A stretch of DNA of 64,000 bases from Phormidesmis sp. (GTDB lineage Bacteria > Cyanobacteriota > Cyanobacteriia > Leptolyngbyales > Leptolyngbyaceae). The stretch is taken from assembly GCA_965248535.1 (NCBI GenBank), contig CBDFJR010000002.1:2411206-2475205 (forward strand). Reading direction: 5' to 3'. Every line of letters starts with the position of its first letter. Within the stretch, counting starts at the first letter, position 1. The translations under genes were made by a program, and so were the position numbers. The notes beneath the pieces are model-generated. The model was not told the origin of the DNA. It made no database searches and saw nothing but the letters and a program-made list of their open reading frames with translations. Below, one piece after another: positions 48,780-58,422 of this stretch.

Positions 48780-50264
48780 ATGCCGATCGAAGTGTCTAAC
48801 TTCTATAATCCAGAACATTGCCACAATGAATCTGAAGTTGAAAGTAAATTCATTGTTCACTATTTACTTCCAGCGTTAGGATATTCTCCTCAGAGTTGGC
48901 GGCAAGAAGTCACTTTTGGCAATATTCGACTCGATTTTTTAGCGGTTGCTGTCAATATTTTTGGGCATCGAAGCCATCTGCAACTGATTATAGAAGCTAA
49001 ACATCCTCGACAAAACCTCGATCGTCACACCCGAAAATTTCGTCGCTATCTCACCCTTCTCAACGTTCGCTATGGCATCTTAACCAACGGTCGCTTCTTA
49101 AGAATCTACGAACAAATTAACGGAGAACTCGCCCTCTTACTGCAAGTTTCCGGACACGCCATTCCTCAGCATCTAAATGAGATTCAGCAACTTGTGAGCC
49201 GAGAGGCACTACACACGCGAGTCCAAGAAATAAAACTATCTGCACATCGTTCTCCAATTTCAGACGCTCAAAGTCATCTAGATTTAGCATATTCAGAGAG
49301 TTCTCAGGATCTAGGCACCCGATCGGGGGATTCTCCCATACAATCAATGGCAGCGACACCCAAAACCATTCTTCAGATTTCTCAGACCCCCTCTCGTTTG
49401 GAGTCAACTATGCAAGTTATCGCGATTTATCACAATAAAGGTGGTGTTGGAAAGACAACCACTGTTATCAACCTTGCAGCCGCTTTAAGTAAGTTAGGGA
49501 AACGTATCTTAGTCATCGATTTAGACAGTCAAGCCAACACAACCTATGCTACAGGATTAGTAAAATTCGAGGACGAACTCACAGACACCATTCGAGAAAG
49601 TTATATCTATCACGTCTTAAGAGAGCGCAATAAATTTTTTATTCCTGAAGTGGTTCGACGATCGAGTTTTACGTCACCTGAATTTGATGTCGTACCCAGT
49701 CACATTGATCTGATGGAACGAGAGCAAGAATTTGTGCAAACTGAACAGGCTCGCACTCGACTATTTAGAAAGCTACAGGATGTCAAAGATCGCTACGATA
49801 TTGTTTTAATCGACACGCCTCCATCGCTCAACATCTATGCTCGTATCGCCTTAATTGCTGCCGATTATGTAATTATTCCATCTGACCTTAAACCCTTTGC
49901 AAACCAGGGCTTACGGAACGTCAGCAAATTTGTAGAAGACATCAATTCTTTTCGGGAAGAGATGAATCGAGAGGCATTAAACATCTTAGGGATTCTGCCC
50001 TCTAAAATCTCAACAGCCACTAAGTTTGTGCAATATACCCTACCTAAAATGGAAGCGATCGTGAAAGATCAATATGGATTTCCACTCTTCAAAACGCGAA
50101 TTTTTGAACGTCGTCCGATTTCAGCCGCAGTCGAAGAAACCCTTGATGTAGGCGACTTATCAATTCCTAACCCGCGCTCGATCTTAGATTTTGCACCCAA
50201 CTCCGACGCGGCTGCCGAATTTGAACAATTAGCCGACGAAGTTTTGGCGCGTCTCAGTGCTTAA
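48780..50264 (+). CDS. HsdR-N-like endonuclease domain fused to ParA/Soj ATPase
   Basis: N-term NESEVESKFIVHYLLPALGY...RLDFL...IIEAKHP...GILTNG; C-term NKGGVGKTT, IDLDSQAN, IDTPPS. Start taken at ATG 48780. Confidence 0.85.
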   Translation: MPIEVSNFYNPEHCHNESEVESKFIVHYLLPALGYSPQSWRQEVTFGNIRLDFLAVAVNIFGHRSHLQLIIEAKHPRQNLDRHTRKFRRYLTLLNVRYGILTNGRFLRIYEQINGELALLLQVSGHAIPQHLNEIQQLVSREALHTRVQEIKLSAHRSPISDAQSHLDLAYSESSQDLGTRSGDSPIQSMAATPKTILQISQTPSRLESTMQVIAIYHNKGGVGKTTTVINLAAALSKLGKRILVIDLDSQANTTYATGLVKFEDELTDTIRESYIYHVLRERNKFFIPEVVRRSSFTSPEFDVVPSHIDLMEREQEFVQTEQARTRLFRKLQDVKDRYDIVLIDTPPSLNIYARIALIAADYVIIPSDLKPFANQGLRNVSKFVEDINSFREEMNREALNILGILPSKISTATKFVQYTLPKMEAIVKDQYGFPLFKTRIFERRPISAAVEETLDVGDLSIPNPRSILDFAPNSDAAAEFEQLADEVLARLSA

Positions 50265-50281
50265 CCTAATTTAGAATCCCT

Positions 50282-51007
50282 ATGAGTTTATTAACATCCA
50301 TCGTCGATCTTGACAGCATTCAGCTAAATTCTGCTCCCTTTGCTCCCACCGATCGACAGGCAGAAATCGAAACTCTGGCACACGCGATCGTCGAGCTTCG
50401 AGGCTTGCTAAAAATTCCTGTAGTCCGAGAACTCGGCATTGATGACTACGAATTAGTATCGGGACATTTAGAGTATTATGCCTTTCTCAAAGCACGAGAA
50501 ATCGATGATCAATTGCCCGATCGTCTAACAGTATTTATTCTCAAACCCAACAACGAGGAAGCGATTCTCAAACAACTTGAAGCCAGCCAAGCCATTCAAC
50601 AGGCTACTACATCTTCAAACAATTCACCTCAGTCAGACGCGACTCTAGCCTTAAAAGTCAATAATTTGGAGTCGAGACTTGATCAAAACGCTAAACAAAC
50701 CAGTGCTGAACTTGCTCAATTCAAGGCAGAAGTGTTGGCAGCGATCGACACCAAATTACCACAACCATTACCTGCCCTGGAAGCATTTAATCAAATACAA
50801 GATCCGGTAATTAAAGTGCAAGTTGTTAGCAAGTTAACATTCTTGGGCAAGAAAAAGGCAGAAACGATTGTAGCCTTGCTTCAGGAATATAAAACAAACA
50901 ATAATAATGCAGAATTTCGGCAGTTTAGTGAGGTTAGGAAAGCATTAGGGACGGGTATATTGTCCCCCGAAAAAATGCTAGAAGTGATTGATCAATGGAA
51001 CAGTTAA
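50282..51007 (+). CDS. ParB-N-like domain protein with coiled coil and possible HhH-like tail
   Basis: IETLAHAIVELRGLLKIPVVRELGIDDYELVSGHLEYYA; downstream of the ParA fusion. Confidence 0.7.
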   Translation: MSLLTSIVDLDSIQLNSAPFAPTDRQAEIETLAHAIVELRGLLKIPVVRELGIDDYELVSGHLEYYAFLKAREIDDQLPDRLTVFILKPNNEEAILKQLEASQAIQQATTSSNNSPQSDATLALKVNNLESRLDQNAKQTSAELAQFKAEVLAAIDTKLPQPLPALEAFNQIQDPVIKVQVVSKLTFLGKKKAETIVALLQEYKTNNNNAEFRQFSEVRKALGTGILSPEKMLEVIDQWNS

Positions 51008-51031
51008 ATCAAATCAATTTGGAGAAGTCCA

Positions 51032-51697
51032 ATGATTAGCACTGACGAAGCGATCGCTCCTCAAGTTCTTGCCGAAAAACGAATCTCACTCTACAACATC
51101 AGTTGGCAGACCTATGAAACTATCTCAAACGCGCTTGGCGATCGCAGTTCTCCCCGCTTAACTTACTACAGAGATACTTTAGAAATTACGACTTTCTCAG
51201 AACTCCATGAAACTGCAAGCGAATTGATCGGCGACTTCGTTGAGATCTTAGTCGAGGAAGCAGATTTGAATATCAAAAGCATGGGATCGACTACACTCAA
51301 CCGACCCGATTTAAGAGCCGGAGCCGAACCTGATAGATGTTATTACATTCAAAACGAGCCATTGGTGAGAGGTCGAACCGTTAATTTAGAAACCGATCCG
51401 CCCCCTGATTTAGTGATCGAAGTTGATATTACCCACACAGATATCAATAAAAAAGCCCTCTATCAACAGATGGGAGTCCGAGAATTTTGGCGCTATAACG
51501 GCAGGACCTTGACGCTCTATCATCTCCAAGACAACCAATATCAAGAAGTGCAGACCAGTCCCACGTTTGCTTGGGTGCAGAAAGAAACGCTCTATCGGTT
51601 TTTGAAAGACTGCGCCGAACAGGGCGAAACTCAAGCAAAACGAACCTTTCGGAACTGGGTGCAAGAACAAATTTTGCTAGTGGAGACCGATCGCTAA
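51032..51697 (+). CDS. Uma2 family endonuclease
   Basis: ISWQTYE, AEPDRCYYIQN, PPPDLVIEVD, GVREFWRYNG. Confidence 0.92.
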   Translation: MISTDEAIAPQVLAEKRISLYNISWQTYETISNALGDRSSPRLTYYRDTLEITTFSELHETASELIGDFVEILVEEADLNIKSMGSTTLNRPDLRAGAEPDRCYYIQNEPLVRGRTVNLETDPPPDLVIEVDITHTDINKKALYQQMGVREFWRYNGRTLTLYHLQDNQYQEVQTSPTFAWVQKETLYRFLKDCAEQGETQAKRTFRNWVQEQILLVETDR

Positions 51698-52942
51698 CCC
51701 GGTTTCAAAATTAAAGAGATGAATTTTTTCAAGGGCGATCGCTAACCAAAGCTCTTCACCCAGTCTCACAGGGCGATCGGGTTCCACCCTCGCTTGCATC
51801 ATCTCGCCCGCCAAACTCACCGCCAAAAAGGTCTCATTTCCTAGCGCTTCGACGACCTCAACCTGCACAGGCAAATGGTCAGGAGCCTCACCATCCACCT
51901 TCAAATGTTCAGGACGGATGCCCAATAAAACGGTGTCGCCCTCAGAGGATTGCAGGGCCAAAGCCCAGCGATCGGGCAACGTCAGCCGAAACTGAGGATG
52001 ACTCAGACCTAACCCTTTGACCTGGACGGGCAAAAAATTCATCGGCGGCGACCCGATAAACTCGGCAACAAAACGGTTTGCTGGATAGTTATAGAGTTCG
52101 AGCGGCGTAGCAAGTTGTTGAATCTGTCCAGCATTCATCACGGCAATGCGATCGCCCATGGTCATCGCCTCGGTTTGATCGTGCGTAACGTAAATCGTCG
52201 TGGTTCCCAACTGGCGCTGAAGTTTGACAATTTGGGCGCGAGTTTCTGCCCGCAGTTTGGCATCAAGATTTGAGAGCGGCTCATCCATCAAAAACACTTG
52301 AGGGTTGCGGGCCATTGCCCGACCCAAGGCAACTCGCTGCTTTTGCCCGCCTGACAGTTGTTTGGGCAACCGTTCGAGAAGTGGCTCGATTTGCAGCATC
52401 TGAGCCACCATTTTGACTCGCCGATCGACAGATTTTTCGCGATCGCTCTGATAGCGCCACCGCTTCGGAAACTTGCGAGTAGCGCCGACTAAAAGATTTT
52501 GGCTCCAGTTAGGCATGGAGGTTTCAGACTCGTCTTGACTCGCAAACGTCGTGCGTCGCAGCCCAAAGGCAAGATTGTCGTAGACCGTCATGTGAGGATA
52601 GAGCGCGTAATTTTGAAACACCATCGCAATGTCGCGCTCTTTAGGCGGCAGATCGTTGACTAAGCGATCGCCCACGCGAATGGTTCCGGCTGTGAGGTCT
52701 TCTAGCCCCGCAATCAGGCGCAGCAGGGTGCTTTTGCCGCAGCCAGAGGGGCCAACTAACACCATAAACTCGCCATTGTGGACGGTCAGATTAATCGATC
52801 GCAACACGGCAGCAGAGGCTTGAGGTTTAGAAGTTGAGAGTTGAGGAGTCTCTAATTCAGCACTCAAAACCAAACTCGGCGTTTCCGGTTTTGTGCCCTT
52901 TTGGAAGCTTTTGTAGATGTTTTCGAGTTCGACCTGAGCCAC
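51677..52942 (-). CDS. Carbohydrate ABC transporter ATP-binding protein (MalK/UgpC-like)
   Basis: GPSGCGKS, VFQNYALYPHM, LSGGQKQR, MDEPLSNLDAKLR, TOBE-like C-terminus. Confidence 0.93.
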   Translation of the reverse strand: MAQVELENIYKSFQKGTKPETPSLVLSAELETPQLSTSKPQASAAVLRSINLTVHNGEFMVLVGPSGCGKSTLLRLIAGLEDLTAGTIRVGDRLVNDLPPKERDIAMVFQNYALYPHMTVYDNLAFGLRRTTFASQDESETSMPNWSQNLLVGATRKFPKRWRYQSDREKSVDRRVKMVAQMLQIEPLLERLPKQLSGGQKQRVALGRAMARNPQVFLMDEPLSNLDAKLRAETRAQIVKLQRQLGTTTIYVTHDQTEAMTMGDRIAVMNAGQIQQLATPLELYNYPANRFVAEFIGSPPMNFLPVQVKGLGLSHPQFRLTLPDRWALALQSSEGDTVLLGIRPEHLKVDGEAPDHLPVQVEVVEALGNETFLAVSLAGEMMQARVEPDRPVRLGEELWLAIALEKIHLFNFETGLAIGLH

Positions 52943-53011
52943 GATCGTTCTATCCTTTAATCGTAGATGCCCTTCAGCTTATCGGGTTATTACACCGTCG
53001 GCAATTAAGAT

Positions 53012-54283
53012 TTAAAGGGCGCGATAGACCGTCTCTGCTACTTCGGCCAGTCGCTGCATGGCAGTTTCGAGATCGCGATCGCTGCCCGTTAAACTAATTC
53101 GCAAACACTGCTGTTTGTGGGCCCATTCGTCTCGCAGTCCGGGAAAAAAGGTGCTGCCCGGAACCACAATCACGTCTACGTCTTTGAGCTTTTGATAAAA
53201 CTCCCAATCGGTAATCGGCAAATCTTGCAGCCAGAGCCAGGCAAAGATCGCACCTTCGCCGCGATGCAAAAACCAGGGTAGATCAGGCGGCATTTCACGA
53301 TCGAGGGTTGCTTCGACGATCGCGATCTTCTGCTGATAAAACGGACGAATCACCGACTCAGAAATCTCTGCCAAGCGACCTGACCGGATGGCACGAGCGG
53401 CGATCGCTTGCCCATATCTCGGCGAGTGAATGCACAGATTGGTTTGAAAACATTCCAGCACTTGAATGAGCGACTCATCACCGATCGCAATGCCGATGCG
53501 CTCTCCGGGCAACCCGGCTTTTGACAAACTCATGCAGTGCAGCACGTTGCCCCCAAATCGGGGAGTCATCTCAGTAAAGTTGAGGGCTGGAAACGGCGGC
53601 GCATAGGCAGAATCGATCAACACAGGCACGTCATGGGCGGCTGCTAGCGTAACAATCTTGCTCACTTCATCGTCATTTAAAACGTTGCCCGTCGGATTGC
53701 AAGGGCGTGAAAACAGCACGCAGCCCGTCGTTTCGGTGATCTGCAATTGACTAAAGTCGGGTCGATATTTGAAGCGGTGCGTCGCCCGATCGAGATCAAG
53801 TTCTGGCTTATAGGCAATCAGCGCTTCAGGAGTCAAGGTCACGCCGCCATAGCCCGTGTAGTCTGGGCTAAGAGGCAAAACAATCTGACGCAGTGCGCCC
53901 GTTGCAGTGTAGCCACCAAACGCGTTAGCCGCATAAAAATAGAGACTTTGGCTGCCTGGGGTGATTAAAATATTGCGATCGGTCAGGGTTAACCCATAGC
54001 GCTGATTAAAATCTTCTACGATCGCCTCGATCAGGGGCTGATAGCCTTGACTGGCTCCATAGCGGCCGACGACTTCGCCATAGTCAGGGCTGGCTAACAG
54101 ATCGGTGGTGCAGTCGCGCCAGAGTTGTTCGACTTCGGGCAAGATCACCGGGTTTCCGGCACTGAGATTAATGAAGGTGCGATCGCTGCCCGATCGCAGC
54201 GTTTCGATAATGTCTTTCATGATTGCCCGCACCCCAGACAGGCGAGACATTTCTACACCAAGTTGGCTGAGGATAGGATTCAT
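53012..54283 (-). CDS. avtA: Valine-pyruvate transaminase
   Basis: INLSAGNP, SRPCNPTGN, IDSAY, SLSKAGLPGERIG. Confidence 0.9.
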   Translation of the reverse strand: MNPILSQLGVEMSRLSGVRAIMKDIIETLRSGSDRTFINLSAGNPVILPEVEQLWRDCTTDLLASPDYGEVVGRYGASQGYQPLIEAIVEDFNQRYGLTLTDRNILITPGSQSLYFYAANAFGGYTATGALRQIVLPLSPDYTGYGGVTLTPEALIAYKPELDLDRATHRFKYRPDFSQLQITETTGCVLFSRPCNPTGNVLNDDEVSKIVTLAAAHDVPVLIDSAYAPPFPALNFTEMTPRFGGNVLHCMSLSKAGLPGERIGIAIGDESLIQVLECFQTNLCIHSPRYGQAIAARAIRSGRLAEISESVIRPFYQQKIAIVEATLDREMPPDLPWFLHRGEGAIFAWLWLQDLPITDWEFYQKLKDVDVIVVPGSTFFPGLRDEWAHKQQCLRISLTGSDRDLETAMQRLAEVAETVYRAL

Positions 54284-54601
54284 AGCGACGGCTTAGAGTT
54301 GAAACAGCGTTTTGATATTAACCGAGATCTAACACCGATTTCATCGTACCAATTGACTGCTGTTTATCGTCCACGATCGCGAGTTTCAAAAAGCGGGAGT
54401 AGGTTCCCGTTCACAGAAAATGGGATTGCGATCGTTGCCGCCATGGTTTAAACCCTCGGAGATCTCAAACTAACTACCGAGTTCATTTTACTGAAGGTTA
54501 ACGTTCGCTTACCCACCTATTAAAGACAAATCTGATAGTCTGTTCACAGATGAGGGCAGACCGCTGCTATTTCTCAATCCCATCACCCTGAGCGATGCTG
54601 A

Positions 54602-55618
54602 ATGTCCTTAACCGTCGATCGATTCCCTACCCCTAAATCCTCCGCTTTGCGCCCTTGCTACTGTGGCTATCTGCATTCAGAAAACCCCAGAAAAAAAGTG
54701 CAAACGGTCAGCTTGGCGCTCGTTCTGTTAAGCAGTCTTTTTGCTAGCGAACTGATTATTGGCGCATTTAGCCACAGCCTCTCGCTGCTGGCAGACGCAG
54801 GGCATTTATTTGCAGACATCGCTGCCTTGGGCATGACGCTCATTGCCGTGTGGGTTGCTCAACGCCCTGCCACGGGGCGATCGACCTTTGGGCACAAACG
54901 AGTAGAGATTCTCGCTGCCCTGCTAAATGGGCTGAGTCTGTTGGCGATCGCCGCCTTTGTGATTTGGGAAAGTGTCGATCGCTTCCACACGCCGCAGACG
55001 GTTTTGGGCTTGCCGATGCTGATCGGTGCCACGATCGGGCTGGGGATAAACAGCCTCAATCTGGTGCTGCTCCACCAGCGCCAACAAGACGACTTAAATC
55101 TAAAAGCTGCCTTCCTGCACGTTTTAGCCGATGCCGCTAGCTCAGTGGGCGTAATCGCAGCCAGTCTGACCATCTATTTTTGGCATTGGATGTGGATGGA
55201 TGCCACCGCTAGCCTTTTAGTCGCAGGTTTGACCAGTTTAAGCGCGCTGCCCTTGATTAAAGAAAGCTTAGAAATTCTGCTGGAATATGCACCAAGCTCT
55301 ATAGAACCCGCCGACGTTGAAACCGCCCTGATGACCTTTGAGCCAATCATCCAAGTCGATAACCTGCGAATCTGGAGCATCACATCGGGTCATTTAGCGC
55401 TCAATGCTCATTTAAAGGTTTCAGCAACGCTAGACAACCGCGATCGCGATCAGTTATTAGAACGCATTAAGAATCAATTATCTCAACAGTTTCTCATTCA
55501 AGAAGTGACGCTGCAAATGATCAGCGAACCATCCATTGATAAACCCCAACTGCACCCATTGTTCACCCAAAGCTTAACCTCTCATGTATTGGGGGCAACA
55601 CGGAGTTTAACGAACTAA
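54602..55618 (+). CDS. Cation diffusion facilitator (CzcD/ZitB-like)
   Basis: SLSLLADAGHLFAD, TFGHKRVEILAALLN, NLKAAFLHVLAD. Confidence 0.92.
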   Translation: MSLTVDRFPTPKSSALRPCYCGYLHSENPRKKVQTVSLALVLLSSLFASELIIGAFSHSLSLLADAGHLFADIAALGMTLIAVWVAQRPATGRSTFGHKRVEILAALLNGLSLLAIAAFVIWESVDRFHTPQTVLGLPMLIGATIGLGINSLNLVLLHQRQQDDLNLKAAFLHVLADAASSVGVIAASLTIYFWHWMWMDATASLLVAGLTSLSALPLIKESLEILLEYAPSSIEPADVETALMTFEPIIQVDNLRIWSITSGHLALNAHLKVSATLDNRDRDQLLERIKNQLSQQFLIQEVTLQMISEPSIDKPQLHPLFTQSLTSHVLGATRSLTN

Positions 55619-55876
55619 GTATTAATCTGGTAGAGAGATTTGTGAACACCCAGTCATTTATTCAAGCTATCTATGCCCAGCAGGAACTGACCTCGGTTTG
55701 ACAGGTTCTCAGCTAAGAACTGCAAGACTCGTGGCCCACAAAATTCCTGAACCCGCTTCATGGTGAGATTTTTCACCGTCATCGGGACGGCCTAGCCGCA
55801 AACCGGGATCACCCAGCCCCAAAAACTTAAGCTGGCAGCCTAGCCAGATAGCCCCTTTCTCTAAGTTGGAGCGTTT

Positions 55877-56089
55877 ATGATGTCAAACTTTTCTCGCTTT
55901 CTGCGTCCCTTGACCTATTTTCTTGTGGGGCTTTGTGGAGCCTTGGCGATGGCGATCGTCTCGTTTTCTGCCCCGCAGGTTGCACCCGCACAGAGCGCTC
56001 CTGTGATTCAATCCCAGGTTCAAGCGCCCATCAGCGAGTTTGCCCTCGAAACCGCAGCCAGCCACCGAGCACCCAACTTCTATCAGTAA
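55877..56089 (+). CDS. Small secreted hypothetical protein
   Basis: GGAG RBS; basic N-terminus + hydrophobic helix + APA cleavage-like site. Confidence 0.5.
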   Translation: MMSNFSRFLRPLTYFLVGLCGALAMAIVSFSAPQVAPAQSAPVIQSQVQAPISEFALETAASHRAPNFYQ

Positions 56090-56285
56090 GACTGCACCTT
56101 AAATCTGGGTGAACTCTGCTGTTCAACCCTACTCAAACTGAGGTGGTTGAGAAGACGGCAGCCTTGACAGGCAGAGTCATCTATCGATTTAGCCATTGAC
56201 CGATCGCCGAGATTCGCCCCGCGTGAACCTCACGATTTTTAGTGTTTACCCATCCACCGGAAGCTCACTGCTAAAGGAATCCGCA

Positions 56286-58247
56286 ATGACAAACTTTCTT
56301 CAGACTATCAATAGGCATCTGTCTATCTTCATGGCGTGTCTTTTCTGCGCCGTTTCAGTGAATTTTGTGCCTCTCGCTACGCCCTCGGCCCTGGCTGATC
56401 AGCAATCAGGCAATGGGGTGAATGTGATCCTAATGATCGGCGACGGCATGGGCTGGAATATGGCTCGTGCGGCCGCTGTCGCGGATGGCGCACCCTACTA
56501 TAAAGCTGGCAAAGGGCGGGGTCTGAACTTTCAAAAGCTCAAGGGCTACACCTACGCCACCACTTATGGAACTACGATCGCTGGCTCAACGGGCAACAGT
56601 GCCCTAGATGCCGCCGCCACAACCTGCAAATCGACCGCAAATCCTACAGGTATTGACTGTGCAGTCACCGGAGCGGCTCCAGTGAGGGCTGGCTTTAAAT
56701 TTAACCCGGCTCTCAACCCCGGCACCCCTGCCCGCAACCTCTCTGCCACAGCCAATCAGCCGTGCAGACTGGGGGGCGACCCAACGGGCGGCAATATTGT
56801 TGGATTTGAGCCTGCCAAAGGCGGCCCCAACCCCTGGACTCCCTTAAACCCAGCCACTCCGGGCAACGCTGATCCTGAATATATCAAGTGCAGCTATCCC
56901 GACTCGGCTAACACTGCTTCGACGCTTTACACCGGGGTCAAGAGCTACAACAATGCCATGGCTGTCAACATCTATGAGCGCAGTTCGGTGAAAACCATTC
57001 TGCAAGATGCTAGAGCCTTGGGCAAATCGACGGGTTTGGTTACATCGGTGCCGATTACCCACGCCACGCCCGGAGCGGCCGCTTCAAGCGTCAACCGTCG
57101 CAGCAAATATGACAACGATTTTCCAGCACTTGATAACATCTTGCAAGAAGCGATTCGAGAAGATGAAGGCTATTTACCAACCGTGCTAATTGGCGGCGGA
57201 CACCCCCTCGACTTTGAGAACACCACCGCTGCAACCACCGGAACGCCTGCTGGCTTCACCTACATCAAAAAGTCTACCTATGAGGAACTGAAGTCAAAGC
57301 CGACCAGCAACCGATATGGCTACACGTTCTTAGAACGCGATACAAAAGTCACGACGACAAATGATTTAGGCGCGATCGTCGATGGTGGTCAAACCCTGCT
57401 GTCCACCGCCAAAAAAATTAACCCTAACGCGGGCGAAAGGCTCCTAGGGCTATATGGCGCACGCGGTCAGAATGGCAACATTCCCATTCAGGGGTCAACG
57501 GGCGACTATAGCACGACCGGGTTAGACAACTTTGCGCTTTACGCCACGGCCGCTGCCTCGACCGCTCCGGCCGGGTCTCCGATCAATAACGGCACTCAAA
57601 TTCCTAAACCGGATGTCACTCGTCCGTTGGCTGCGGGTGAGACCGCCAGCCAATTTATCGCCAAAGAAGTCAAAGCGAACCCGACCTTAGCCCAAATGAG
57701 CCGCGCTGCTCTAGAAGTGCTGGGCAAAGATAAAGACGGCTTTTGGCTAATGATTGAAGGCGGCGATGTAGACTGGGCTGCCCACGATAACAACCTCGAT
57801 AATCTGGTCGGAACCGTGCGATCGTTTGACACTGCCGTCAGCGAAGTTGTTAGCTGGATCGGCAAAAACGGTGGCTGGAAGAAAAACGTGCTGATTGTCA
57901 CCGCTGACCACGACCACTATTTGACCCTCAATGACAATTATGCTCAACTGGTTCGGTCAAGTGGGGCAAAAGACCTGACCTATAGCAAGCACACGCCCGC
58001 AACCGCAGGCCACTTTTGGGGGTCTGACCCATCGGTTAAATATGGCTGGGGCAACCACAGTAACCGCATGGTGCCTGTTTATTTCCAGGGCGAAGCACTG
58101 GAGTTGGCAGAGTTTATCGGTCAGGACGTGAACTTTGTAGATGGCCCTCCGGGAGGAAAGCGGAAGCGCTACAAGATTCAAGGTGTGCCAAATGCAGTAG
58201 ACCAGAGTCATATCCATCAAGCGATGCTCAACGCGCTCAAGTTTTAG
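56286..58247 (+). CDS. phoA: Alkaline phosphatase (PhoA family)
   Basis: NVILMIGDGMG, PDSANTAS (catalytic Ser), ITHATP, IEGGDVDWAAH, TADHDH. Signal peptide after ATG 56286 with AAGGA RBS. Confidence 0.9.
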   Translation: MTNFLQTINRHLSIFMACLFCAVSVNFVPLATPSALADQQSGNGVNVILMIGDGMGWNMARAAAVADGAPYYKAGKGRGLNFQKLKGYTYATTYGTTIAGSTGNSALDAAATTCKSTANPTGIDCAVTGAAPVRAGFKFNPALNPGTPARNLSATANQPCRLGGDPTGGNIVGFEPAKGGPNPWTPLNPATPGNADPEYIKCSYPDSANTASTLYTGVKSYNNAMAVNIYERSSVKTILQDARALGKSTGLVTSVPITHATPGAAASSVNRRSKYDNDFPALDNILQEAIREDEGYLPTVLIGGGHPLDFENTTAATTGTPAGFTYIKKSTYEELKSKPTSNRYGYTFLERDTKVTTTNDLGAIVDGGQTLLSTAKKINPNAGERLLGLYGARGQNGNIPIQGSTGDYSTTGLDNFALYATAAASTAPAGSPINNGTQIPKPDVTRPLAAGETASQFIAKEVKANPTLAQMSRAALEVLGKDKDGFWLMIEGGDVDWAAHDNNLDNLVGTVRSFDTAVSEVVSWIGKNGGWKKNVLIVTADHDHYLTLNDNYAQLVRSSGAKDLTYSKHTPATAGHFWGSDPSVKYGWGNHSNRMVPVYFQGEALELAEFIGQDVNFVDGPPGGKRKRYKIQGVPNAVDQSHIHQAMLNALKF

Positions 58248-58422
58248 ACACCCAGAGACTCAACGCGCTGAGTTTGACGAATCGATTCTTTAAACGCAAT
58301 TGCGATGGCTGAAACGATCGCGGGAGTTCACATCCTCTCGCGATTTTTCTGTTGGTGCGAGTTTATGCGATCTAGTGGGTCAGTGATTCTGAATCAAGTC
58401 TGGTTTGATCGAGTCTCCGGTT

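Noticed and set aside
55660..55870. Riboswitch or structured ncRNA upstream of the 70-aa ORF
   Set aside because: Short stems are possible but no family motif was recognisable by eye; needs an Rfam scan.
55570..56150. Pho boxes upstream of phoA
   Set aside because: Single TTAA-type half-sites exist (e.g. CTTAACCT near 55573), but I found no clean run at 11-bp spacing.
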